Assembly (NCBI GenBank): GCA_963835585.1
Contig: CAWIGF010000001.1
Coordinates: forward strand, 226,281-290,280
DNA: 64,000 nt
Direction of reading: 5' to 3'
Source: an uncultured Candidatus Woesearchaeota archaeon
Lineage (GTDB): Archaea; Nanobdellota; Nanobdellia; Woesearchaeales; UBA10107
Shown: positions 53,260-61,750 of the stretch, piece after piece
Layout of the letters: each line of letters begins with the position of its first letter
Numbering within the stretch: position 1 is the first letter of the stretch
Notes under the pieces: generated by a model
What the model saw: the letters and a program-made list of their open reading frames with translations, nothing else
What the model was told of the DNA's origin: nothing
Database searches by the model: none
Made by a program: the position numbers and the translations under genes

Positions 53260-53945
53260 GAATAAAAGAACCAAAAAAAATAATTGCACTTTTCTTCATC
53301 GTTTACATCGTGTTTGCGACAACGACCGTTGTCAAGGATATAATGGAAAGAACGAGCGAGCCACAAAAGGAAATAACTGGTCTGGCGTCAAATGGAGTGG
53401 TTTCAATCAATCTTATCCAGGTTTGCAACATACAACTTCAGGAAGGATATAATTTCATATCGCTGTGCGCAAATACTAGCAACATGTCAATCTTGAAAAT
53501 TCTCGAACCATTGCAAGGGCAGTATGAATTCGTATTGCGATGGAACGCCGCCTCACAGGACTTTGATGCGTTTAGCCCACAGGCAGCATCAAATAGTTTC
53601 ACAGAATTTGAATCGAACCAAAGCTATTTTATCTACATGGATCAGTCAGATACTCTTGATGTATCAGGAACGGAATTTGGAGATATGAACATAAGTCTTA
53701 TTCAGCAATTCAATTCTCCATCATATCCTTATCAGTTCACCGCAAACGTAAGCAAATACATCACGCCAATACAAAATTATGTCTCGTTCGTGCTTGCATG
53801 GAATGTGAGCGGACAGAACTTCATAACATACAGCCCGCAGGCCGCACAACAGGAGTTCGATACGATAGACAAAGGAGAAGGGCAAATGATATACATAACA
53901 TCACCAAGCGCAGTGCTTTCATATCAAAAGAGTGCATTGCAATGA
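53256..53945 (+). CDS. secreted protein with internal tandem duplication
   Basis: N-terminal signal anchor. Two repeats of the YEFVLRWNAASQDFDAFSPQAASNSFTEF / VSFVLAWNVSGQNFITYSPQAAQQEFDTI type. Confidence 0.45.
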   Translation: MRIKEPKKIIALFFIVYIVFATTTVVKDIMERTSEPQKEITGLASNGVVSINLIQVCNIQLQEGYNFISLCANTSNMSILKILEPLQGQYEFVLRWNAASQDFDAFSPQAASNSFTEFESNQSYFIYMDQSDTLDVSGTEFGDMNISLIQQFNSPSYPYQFTANVSKYITPIQNYVSFVLAWNVSGQNFITYSPQAAQQEFDTIDKGEGQMIYITSPSAVLSYQKSALQ

Positions 53946-53982
53946 TAAGGTATATAATAAACAAAAAAGGATGTAAATAAAA

Positions 53983-55557
53983 ATGGAGAAAAAGACAATC
54001 TGTGCAATTTCGATATTATTCATCATAATTCTTATAGGCACGCACGCACTGAATCTTGGAACTGTTAAGGGATATGCACTTAACATTAGTGGAGGAATAT
54101 TGCCTGGCTCGAGCGTCTCGCTTTCTGTCGTCGGATGCACAGGAACAGGATGCACCGCATCGGGAACAACTGATGCGAACGGGTTTTACATAAGGTCCAA
54201 TCTGAATTTAATCCCAGGAAATACAATATTAGGAACAGCTACCAATGGTAATGCGTTTGGGTCTGCTTCAACGACAGCTACGGGAACGGGTAGCACTGGT
54301 GTTGGAACGCTCAACATAACTCTTTGCGCTCCGCCCCAGCAACCTGCACTAAATAATGTCTCGGATACTCATAATAATTCATTAATCACGATGTCATGGA
54401 CCACATACAAGGCAGGATCGCAATACGATGAGTTCGTGTTTGACAGCCAAACATCAAATACAACAGCATTGTCACCTCAAACCCAGAAAAACGTTTCCTA
54501 CCAATACCATACTTGGCAAGTGAGAACATGCAACACGCTCTGCTGCTCAAGTTATTCAACTGACACTTTCAATGTCTATAACAATCCACCTCCGCCACCT
54601 ACTTTGACAATCCAGGGAAGTACAACAGATACTACCATTTCATTCTCATGGGCGAACTACTCAGACCCGCAAAATGAAGCAACAAATAATGACTTTGATT
54701 CTGCTACTGATGACAGCTTCGGAACTACCGTCTTCACAGATTTAAACGCGAATGCTCCTGAAACAGTCAGCAATCTCACTACATTCACGCTATATTATTG
54801 GAGAGTGCGAACATGCGATGACAAGGGATCTTGCAGCAGCTATGCAAACAGCTCTTTCTTCGTATACGAGAGTATATGTACGGGAAATAATACGATTTTC
54901 GTAAATAATACCGTATACAATAACACAATCATATATAATAATACGGTCATAGAGAATAATACAGTAGTGAATAATACGATTTTCGTAAATAATACCATAA
55001 CCACCATAATAGGAGGGAGGGGAAGAACAGAATACGTAACTATCAACAACACACAAATATGCTTGCCGAACTGGCAATGCACCATATGGAACTCCTGCAT
55101 GAATGGTTTAAGCACACGAACATGCACTGATGCCAACAACTGTGCATCACCATATCCACAAACATTCGAATCATGTTCAAACGGAATTTCTCCACCACCT
55201 AGTCAGTCAGCTAGCCCACAAGAAATTTCTCAATCCCAAGTAAATGAAACTCCCTCAGGCCCTGGTCTGATTACTACGACAAGAAGCATATTTGAGAGAA
55301 TAACAATAATACCTTGGATATTGTTAGCGATTATATTGCTTTTGCTTGGATACATCTATTACCAGAACAGCACATATGTTTCACGTGAGAAGAAAGTCGA
55401 CAAATCACTTAGTGATTATATCAGGGTGGCGCAGGATAATGGTTTCTCTGATGAACAAATACAGACAAAACTAACGAATGCAGGATTTGCAAGAGAAGAA
55501 ATCGACTTCGTATTCAAAAAAAGAAAATCAAAGAATTCCGTACCAAATAAACAATAA
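53983..55557 (+). CDS. large secreted protein with FN3-like domains, NNT sequon array, C-terminal TM and cytoplasmic SHOCT-like tail
   Basis: Signal peptide. A repeated 'sw/yW...VRTC' domain pair. NNTxx pentapeptide repeats. C-terminal TM (IIPWILLAIILLLLGYIYY) followed by DYIRVAQDNGFSDEQIQTKLTNAGFAREEIDFVFKK. Confidence 0.5.
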   Translation: MEKKTICAISILFIIILIGTHALNLGTVKGYALNISGGILPGSSVSLSVVGCTGTGCTASGTTDANGFYIRSNLNLIPGNTILGTATNGNAFGSASTTATGTGSTGVGTLNITLCAPPQQPALNNVSDTHNNSLITMSWTTYKAGSQYDEFVFDSQTSNTTALSPQTQKNVSYQYHTWQVRTCNTLCCSSYSTDTFNVYNNPPPPPTLTIQGSTTDTTISFSWANYSDPQNEATNNDFDSATDDSFGTTVFTDLNANAPETVSNLTTFTLYYWRVRTCDDKGSCSSYANSSFFVYESICTGNNTIFVNNTVYNNTIIYNNTVIENNTVVNNTIFVNNTITTIIGGRGRTEYVTINNTQICLPNWQCTIWNSCMNGLSTRTCTDANNCASPYPQTFESCSNGISPPPSQSASPQEISQSQVNETPSGPGLITTTRSIFERITIIPWILLAIILLLLGYIYYQNSTYVSREKKVDKSLSDYIRVAQDNGFSDEQIQTKLTNAGFAREEIDFVFKKRKSKNSVPNKQ

Positions 55558-56181
55558 GCGATCATATGCCTTGACAAGGTCGTTTCCTTCTCCGGAGATA
55601 GTAAGGCAGTTCGCGTCCATCGTAACCATTGGATAAGATGATTCTTCTACTTCAATGACAATTGCCTTGTCTTTTTGATTTTCGCACGTGACGATAGGCC
55701 GTGTGCTGCAAGCATCGGTACTATTTTCCATGCATCCGGCGACAAGGGTTATGCCATTGAACGAGTTTAGGTAGTGTGATACATCGGCGGCTGTGAGTTC
55801 TTCGGCGACCAATGTCGCATTCTGCACATGTTCGCTAAAATTGAACGTTATGTACGCCGCTGTAAGATTGTTAAGCTCGAACAACTTGAAGAACATCCTT
55901 GGGTCGCCATTTACAATCACATCCTTGACCTGGCTTGGAGAATACCTGAACTCAGCCGCTTGTATCGAGCGCGTGTAGCTGTTCTCGATGGACGTGTCCC
56001 AGAAATTTCCGTTTTTCGTGAATACAAACCCGTTTGAAGTCTCGGTAACTGTCTTTGGTTTCATTTCGCTTAAGACAATCAATCCTACAATTACAAAAAA
56101 TAACGCCATGAAGAATATAACCAAGAAAAACCACATGAGGTTGCTCGATTCTTCCTTTTTTTTAGATTTCTCCTCGCTCAT
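55528..56181 (-). CDS. N-terminally anchored extracellular protein, paralog of 56178-56885
   Basis: 217 aa. N-terminal TM helix FLVIFFMALFFVIVGLIVL. 4-nt overlap with the upstream paralog. Confidence 0.45.
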   Translation of the reverse strand: MSEEKSKKKEESSNLMWFFLVIFFMALFFVIVGLIVLSEMKPKTVTETSNGFVFTKNGNFWDTSIENSYTRSIQAAEFRYSPSQVKDVIVNGDPRMFFKLFELNNLTAAYITFNFSEHVQNATLVAEELTAADVSHYLNSFNGITLVAGCMENSTDACSTRPIVTCENQKDKAIVIEVEESSYPMVTMDANCLTISGEGNDLVKAYDRLLFIWYGIL

Positions 56182-56885
56182 ATCACACCATACAAAACAT
56201 ATCTAAGATAATCATCGATCGTGACCATGTCATATTCGCTAGTTGCTGAAATAATTATACAATTATTGTTAAAAGTTATAGATGTTTCATTTGAATAATC
56301 CATTAAAATTACAGGGACCGCGGCAGACGAATTTTCGCACGTGATAACCGAGAGATTGTATAAGGGAGTATTTTGTGTTACTGCCATGTAAACCGGCTTA
56401 GTGTTTTTGTATGTATCAACTACCGCATTGGTAAAGTCAAATCTCAGTAAATCCATTACCTGCAACTGCTCCGTAATATTTTGATTAGGATTGAATGAAA
56501 GAATGAATCCTTGTGCATTCCTGATGGCATCAATCACTTCAGGTGAGGCATTTATTGACTGGACCTGCTGCGGCAGATAGTTGAATGTTATTGTCTTGCC
56601 ATTAATTGATGTCGTAAATTGTCCATTTGATGGCTTGAATGTGTATTTTCCAAACGAATAAGTCTGTGATGTGCCTGGGTTGTCCAAAAGTATGCCCGCA
56701 ACACCACCTACCATGACTACTGTAAGAAAGATGGCAAGATACAGGCCTATTTTGCTCTTTGGTTCTTTCTTGGATTTTTCCTCGACTTGCTTGAACGACC
56801 TGAATTTCTTCATGATAAGAAAGACAATTGAGTCATTTATAAACTTTATTGGAAATTGACTATAAGCCCTCGGTGGGAGTTGCAC
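56178..56885 (-). CDS. N-terminally anchored extracellular protein, paralog of 55528-56181
   Basis: 235 aa; N-terminal TM LYLAIFLTVVMVGGVAGILL. Similar domain layout and a conserved C-terminal Y..YGI(L/I) end. Confidence 0.45.
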   Translation of the reverse strand: MQLPPRAYSQFPIKFINDSIVFLIMKKFRSFKQVEEKSKKEPKSKIGLYLAIFLTVVMVGGVAGILLDNPGTSQTYSFGKYTFKPSNGQFTTSINGKTITFNYLPQQVQSINASPEVIDAIRNAQGFILSFNPNQNITEQLQVMDLLRFDFTNAVVDTYKNTKPVYMAVTQNTPLYNLSVITCENSSAAVPVILMDYSNETSITFNNNCIIISATSEYDMVTIDDYLRYVLYGVI

Positions 56886-56949
56886 CCACGACCTGCTGCT
56901 TTTTCAAGAGATACGAAGCAGCCGCTATAACTAACTAAGCCACGAGGGC
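56865..56949 (-). tRNA. tRNA-Thr (CGU) candidate with 11-nt intron at 37/38; atypical T-loop (G55)
   Basis: The minus-strand sequence GCCCUCG-UG-GCUU...AGC-G-GCUGC-UUCGUA-[UCUCUUGAAAA]-A-GCAGC-AGGUC-GUGGG-UGCAACU-CCCAC-CGAGGGC-U has acceptor, anticodon and T stems that all pair. The T-loop UGCAACU deviates from UUCRAAU, so a pseudo-tRNA is possible. Confidence 0.5.
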
Positions 56950-56982
56950 GATTGCTTAAAGAACTAACGAATGGCCTGTTAT

Positions 56983-57138
56983 TTAAAGCTTTTCCAACAA
57001 TTCTTTCTTGGTCCTGAATTTCTTTTGACATTCAAAACAGACATAGTACTTTTTGCCTTTTTTGTCCTTGACGACTGTTCCGACTAATTTCTTGAGAAAA
57101 GTTTCCTGTATTTGCTTCCCGCATATCCCACATTTCAT
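56983..57138 (-). CDS. small zinc-ribbon protein (51 aa), missed by the ORF track size cut-off
   Basis: Translates as MKCGICGKQIQETFLKKLVGTVVKDKKGKKYYVCFECQKKFRTKKELLEKL. It has a CxxC...CxxC pair, is highly basic, and sits between tRNA-Thr and the ABCE1 gene. Confidence 0.4.
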   Translation of the reverse strand: MKCGICGKQIQETFLKKLVGTVVKDKKGKKYYVCFECQKKFRTKKELLEKL

Positions 57139-57212
57139 GAACAAATAGCCGTATCTTTTCTTATTTAAGTGTTGCCATAATCTTTATTAATGAATCAGGA
57201 GTAATAAGCACT

Positions 57213-58955
57213 ATGAAGAGAATAGCAATCGTGAACAACAACAAACTCAAGGACATGGACAAAAAGATCCATATCCAGAGCATCTGTCCAGTCAACAGAA
57301 GCGGAACAGAATGCATATATTTCGATGGGGCAAATCTCCATATAGATGAGGCATCATGCATTGGATGTGGTATTTGCTCAAACGCAGCCCCGGAAGCAAT
57401 ACAAATCATAAATCTTCCTGAACAGCTAACAACCTCACCAATCCATCGCTATGGCATTAACAAATTCGTGCTCTATTCCTTGCCAACGCCGATATTCGGA
57501 AAAGTCGTTGGCATAGTCGGACGAAACGGTATTGGCAAAAGTACGGCATTGAAAATACTTGCAGGCATATTGAAACCGAATTTCGGTGAAACGAATGAAG
57601 TGAATTACGATGAATTGATCATACGCTTCAAAGGGAGCGAAACCCAGAATTTCTTTGAAAAAATAAAAAAAGGAGAGATAAAAATATCATACAAGCCACA
57701 ATCGATAGATCAGATACCTTCCCAATACAAGGGAACGGTCCAGGAACTCCTGAAAAAAGTCGATGAAACAAACCAATTCGATGAAATAATAAGGAAGTTT
57801 GATCTTGATAAAATACTTGACAGAGAGATACATAATCTTTCAGGAGGGGAGCTACAAAGAACCGCAATTGCAGCAACATTCCTGAAAAAGGCGAACTTCT
57901 ATGTATTTGACGAGCCGACATCATACCTCGACATAAAACAACGATTGTTAGTTGCTGACGCGATCAAAGATCTTGCAAAACCCGATGTCGCCGTCATGGT
58001 CATCGAACATGATCTCATCATTCTTGACCATATGACCGATCTCATTCAAATCATGTACGGCAAGCAGGCAGCATGGGGGACGGTAAGCCAGCCTCGCTCG
58101 ACACGAATAGGCATCAACGTTTATCTTTCAGGATATCTTAAGGAGGAAAACATACGATTCAGGGAAAAAGAAATCAAATTCAACAGCAAACCTCCTTTAG
58201 ACACTTCAAAAAAGATAAAAATAACCACATGGAAGGAGATGCAAAAAAAACTTGACACATTCAAGCTGGACATCACACCAGGTTCAGTTAATCTCAAAGA
58301 GATAGTCGGCATTGTCGGGGAAAACGGCATAGGTAAAACAACGTTTGCCAGAATTATTGCTGGAGAATTAACCCCTGATTCAGGAGAAAGCATAAGCAAG
58401 ACAAAAATAGCGTACAAGGCTCAATATCTCATACCGACAGAAGATATCGTGATGGTATTTCTTGATGAAGCGATAAAAAAACACAGCGCGGAGATTATTG
58501 CACCCCTCAGCCTAGAGCCACTGTTCATGAGCAGACTCGATGAACTATCTGGAGGAGAGCTGCAGCGAGTGATGATAGCAAAGGCATTGGGAGAAAATTC
58601 CGAATTGGTATTGCTTGATGAGCCATCCGCGCATCTTGATGTGGAACAACGCCTGATAGTTTCAAAGGTCATAAAGGATATTGTCGAAAAATACGACAAG
58701 TGCTGCCTAGTTGTTGATCATGACTTGCTGTTCATCGATTATCTTTCAGACAGGTTAATCGTTTGCGACGGAATGCCTGCAATCCATGGCATTGTCGAAG
58801 GACCATTCAGCATGCTTGATGGCATGAATAAATTCCTCGCAAAATTGAAGATAACAATGAGACGTGATTTGGAGTCTCAGAGACCGAGAATAAACAAAAA
58901 AGACTCGCAGCTTGAACGGCAACAAATAAGCGAAGGAAAACTTTACTATACTTAG
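57213..58955 (+). CDS. abcE1: ABCE1 / RNase L inhibitor-like ribosome recycling ATPase
   Basis: N-terminal 4Fe-4S ferredoxin motifs (CPVNRSGTEC, CIGCGICSNAAP). Two ABC domains (GRNGIGKST and GENGIGKTT Walker A; LSGGELQR signatures). Confidence 0.9.
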   Translation: MKRIAIVNNNKLKDMDKKIHIQSICPVNRSGTECIYFDGANLHIDEASCIGCGICSNAAPEAIQIINLPEQLTTSPIHRYGINKFVLYSLPTPIFGKVVGIVGRNGIGKSTALKILAGILKPNFGETNEVNYDELIIRFKGSETQNFFEKIKKGEIKISYKPQSIDQIPSQYKGTVQELLKKVDETNQFDEIIRKFDLDKILDREIHNLSGGELQRTAIAATFLKKANFYVFDEPTSYLDIKQRLLVADAIKDLAKPDVAVMVIEHDLIILDHMTDLIQIMYGKQAAWGTVSQPRSTRIGINVYLSGYLKEENIRFREKEIKFNSKPPLDTSKKIKITTWKEMQKKLDTFKLDITPGSVNLKEIVGIVGENGIGKTTFARIIAGELTPDSGESISKTKIAYKAQYLIPTEDIVMVFLDEAIKKHSAEIIAPLSLEPLFMSRLDELSGGELQRVMIAKALGENSELVLLDEPSAHLDVEQRLIVSKVIKDIVEKYDKCCLVVDHDLLFIDYLSDRLIVCDGMPAIHGIVEGPFSMLDGMNKFLAKLKITMRRDLESQRPRINKKDSQLERQQISEGKLYYT

Positions 58956-59692
58956 TTCTTGATTTTGCGCGCAATGGTAAGAAACCCTGAGTGTAGTCTC
59001 TCCGATATCGGCTTGATCTTCTTTCCAAAAACATCCCACTGTTGCTCTATGATTTCCATGGTCTTGATTATGGAAAAACGTTTTTCCTTGTCAAGAACGT
59101 TCACAAAATCACTGACGGATGTCAAATTTGGAGAATATGATACCAAGAAACCTCCCATTTTGAGAGATTTAAACACTGAAGCAATGGCGTTCCATGGTTC
59201 TGGAACATCCAGAAAGAACGTATCAATGTCTTTTATCTCAAGCGGCTCGTAAAGACTTTGCTTTTTTATCTCGACATTCGAAAGGCCAAGATCAGAGACA
59301 TTCTCCTTTACAATCTTTATGTGCTCGTCTTCCACATCGAAAGAATAAATCTTCTTGACGATATTGGCAAGGAAGCAGCAGACTCCTCCAGAACCAGAAC
59401 CTCCTTCCGCGACAACAGAATCTTTTCCAAGACCACATTCAGTTATAAGAAAACCTATGTCTTTTAGGAGAGGAATCTGTGCTAATCTCTTTATTTTCCG
59501 GTATTCGTCAATAAATGAAGGGGAATAAACTGCGCATTCTTCATGATGATCTGAGAAGATTATATCGCCGTCCTTTGCATTTTTTATCAGGTCAGCTTTT
59601 ATAACGCCATATTTTGTGTGAAAGTCCTTGGACACGTCTTTGACGAAATATAATTCACCTTGCCTCGTTTCGAGAATCTTCTTGATTTTCAT
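58952..59692 (-). CDS. trmI: tRNA (adenine57/58-N1)-methyltransferase TrmI/Gcd14 family
   Basis: DFHTKYGVIKADLI, EGGSGSGGVCCFLANIV (SAM motif) and the C-terminal GFLTIARKI match the archaeal TrmI pattern. The start was moved to the ATG at 59692 (MKIKKILETRQGELYF); the ORF track's longer 59788 start is probably spurious. Confidence 0.8.
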   Translation of the reverse strand: MKIKKILETRQGELYFVKDVSKDFHTKYGVIKADLIKNAKDGDIIFSDHHEECAVYSPSFIDEYRKIKRLAQIPLLKDIGFLITECGLGKDSVVAEGGSGSGGVCCFLANIVKKIYSFDVEDEHIKIVKENVSDLGLSNVEIKKQSLYEPLEIKDIDTFFLDVPEPWNAIASVFKSLKMGGFLVSYSPNLTSVSDFVNVLDKEKRFSIIKTMEIIEQQWDVFGKKIKPISERLHSGFLTIARKIKN

Positions 59693-59774
59693 ACGCAAAT
59701 AAAAATGAGAAATAGTTATATACCTTTCTATCGGCGGCAATAGGTTTATAATAGCATATATCTTTGATTTTTTC

Positions 59775-60221
59775 ATGAAAACTATCATTGTAACCGGAAC
59801 TCCGGGAACGGGAAAAACAGTTGTCGCAAAAAAACTCGCAAAGAAAAATGATTACAAATACATTGATGTGAAGAGACTTGTGAAAAATTTCAAGCTGGGC
59901 ACACGATATGACAGGAAAAGAAAAAGCGTTGTTGTTGATATCAATAAATTAAACAAAGTTCTGATAGGCATAATAAAACTGGCCAAAAGACAGAAAATAA
60001 AAGGAATCGTAATAGATTCTCATCTTGCGCATTACTTGCCAAAAGAATATGTCGATGTGTGCATTGTCACAAGAACTGATCCAAAGAAGCTATACGTGCG
60101 CCTCAAGAAACGAGATTATTCAAAAGCAAAAATTGATGAGAACATGGAAGCCGAAATAATGCAGGTAATTCTCGAGGAAGCACGGCAAAAAAAGCACAAA
60201 ATAAAGATAGTAAACACCTGA
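59775..60221 (+). CDS. Fap7/adenylate kinase isoenzyme 6-like P-loop NTPase
   Basis: IIVTGTPGTGKTVVAKKLA P-loop, and VIDSHLAHYLP...RDYSKAKIDENMEAEIMQVILEEA, matching archaeal AK6/Fap7. Confidence 0.75.
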   Translation: MKTIIVTGTPGTGKTVVAKKLAKKNDYKYIDVKRLVKNFKLGTRYDRKRKSVVVDINKLNKVLIGIIKLAKRQKIKGIVIDSHLAHYLPKEYVDVCIVTRTDPKKLYVRLKKRDYSKAKIDENMEAEIMQVILEEARQKKHKIKIVNT

Positions 60222-60259
60222 ATCATGAGTAAGATTTATATACCGTTAAGTAAATAATA

Positions 60260-60478
60260 ATGGTAGAGCCATTTGGCTTCAAGGAGGATACTATGAAAGG
60301 ACATTGTGGAAAAGGTAAGGGAGTAAAAGCACTCATCTTGGGTCTGTTGGTACTGGCTAACGTCCAATGGAGCATTGTGTCATGGGGAGCATTCGTTGGT
60401 ATAATCTTAATACTTGCAGGATTGGTAAAATTAATGAGTTCATCCTGTGAATGCGAAGCATGCATGAAGAAGAAGTAA
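60260..60478 (+). CDS. small membrane protein, DUF378-like
   Basis: KALILGLLVLANVQWSIVSWGAFVGIILILAGLVKL fits the DUF378 two-helix pattern (xALxxIALILLIIGGLNWGLVG). C-terminal CECEAC. Confidence 0.45.
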   Translation: MVEPFGFKEDTMKGHCGKGKGVKALILGLLVLANVQWSIVSWGAFVGIILILAGLVKLMSSSCECEACMKKK

Positions 60479-60584
60479 ACTTCTTCATTTTCTTTTTTTT
60501 ATTAATTTCTCAGAAAGAGTTTACGAGGTTGCCAAGAAGGTTCCGAAGGGAAAGATTTCTACGTACAAGGAAATAGGGAGGATA

Positions 60585-60812
60585 TTGAATACAAAAGCAT
60601 ACAGAGCGATTGGAACTGCACTGTCCAAAAATTATCATGCTTCTGTTCCATGCCATCGTATTGTAAAATCAAATGGTGAAATTGGTGGTTTCTTTGGGAA
60701 GACAAAAGGAAAAGAAGTTAAAAGAAAAATAAATCTGTTGAAAAAAGAAGGAATCAAGATACGAAAGAATAAGGTTGTCGACTTCAATAATAGATTATTT
60801 AGAAGTCTTTAG
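60585..60812 (+). CDS. ogt: methylated-DNA--protein-cysteine methyltransferase (Ogt/MGMT) C-terminal catalytic domain; homology extends in frame upstream to about 60510 without a canonical start
   Basis: PCHRIV active-site motif and an HTH-like VYEVAKKVPKGKISTYKEIG upstream in the same frame. The frame is open back to a stop at 60465-60467 but contains no ATG, GTG or TTG before 60585. Confidence 0.6.
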   Translation: MNTKAYRAIGTALSKNYHASVPCHRIVKSNGEIGGFFGKTKGKEVKRKINLLKKEGIKIRKNKVVDFNNRLFRSL

Positions 60813-61677
60813 TCGGAACATTCTGCAGGAATCCAGCTAAGTATGTTGTGTTTAACATTGCCATAACTGTTGTCAATGAACCTATTTTGCTTTTTGGGCC
60901 TATCAGATAGTCAACTTTATGCTTCATCTTTTCAGGATCATAATTTCCTTCATATGAACAATCAATGAGCGCTTTTTTAGATTCAATCATTGAGGGAGTG
61001 ATTATTTCCAATTTACTTGGAACTGCAGTAACAATGATATCTGCATCCCTTGCCAAATTAGAAATCTGCGATTTGCGCGAGTATTTATGGCAGATAGTTG
61101 TGGTTTGATTAAGATTTTGCAGCATGTGATGCAAAGGCCCTCCGACCCTGTGGGAATTGTTGATGATGACGAAATTATCCCCGAAATCTTCGTCATTAGA
61201 CGGTATGTGAAGAAGTTTATAGAAATCAAGAAGCTTTACCACGGCTTTTGCCGTGCATGGAACAACCGCCTTGTATTCTCCTTCTTTGTCAAAAAATTTC
61301 TCATAATAGACCAATCTTTTTACATTTGGTCCAGAAACTCCTTCGATATCCTTATGTTCATTGATCAAAGACATGAAATATTCATCAGGAACATTAAAGT
61401 GAGTAGGAAATAATGTGAAAATGCCCATTATTTCCTTTGCATCGTTTGCTGATTTAATCTTCTTCTCTAACTGCTCAGGTGATGAGGTATCTTCTGATTT
61501 TGCATTAATTCCTAAACTCATAAACTTATTCAATAGTATATATTTATATTGCTCATTTGCATCTGATTTTTCTCCGGAGAGAATTAAAACAGAAACAGAA
61601 GACAATTTCTTGAGATTATCCTTAACCTTATTAAGATGGTATTCGGCTACTCTTTTGCAATCAAAAAATTCTCCCAT
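60799..61677 (-). CDS. folD: bifunctional methylenetetrahydrofolate dehydrogenase/cyclohydrolase FolD
   Basis: VVPCTAKAVVKLL, VIINNSHRVGGPLHHML, TICHKYSRKSQ and ADIIVTAVPS follow the FolD motif order (PCTP…G.S.IVG.P…T.cHs.T…ADI.v.A.G). Confidence 0.7.
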   Translation of the reverse strand: MGEFFDCKRVAEYHLNKVKDNLKKLSSVSVLILSGEKSDANEQYKYILLNKFMSLGINAKSEDTSSPEQLEKKIKSANDAKEIMGIFTLFPTHFNVPDEYFMSLINEHKDIEGVSGPNVKRLVYYEKFFDKEGEYKAVVPCTAKAVVKLLDFYKLLHIPSNDEDFGDNFVIINNSHRVGGPLHHMLQNLNQTTTICHKYSRKSQISNLARDADIIVTAVPSKLEIITPSMIESKKALIDCSYEGNYDPEKMKHKVDYLIGPKSKIGSLTTVMAMLNTTYLAGFLQNVPTKDF

Positions 61678-61750
61678 TTCAGCTCTTAAAACAATGACTT
61701 CAAACTGAACTAATTAATAAAGATTTGGTAGAATAAAAAAAGAAAAGACC

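Noticed and set aside
59693-59788. Longer N-terminal extension of the trmI ORF (track start 59788) overlapping the divergent fap7-like gene
   Set aside because: The extension (MIVFMKKSKIYAIINLLPP...) is low-complexity and begins on a non-ATG codon. The homologous TrmI N-terminus aligns from the ATG at 59692.
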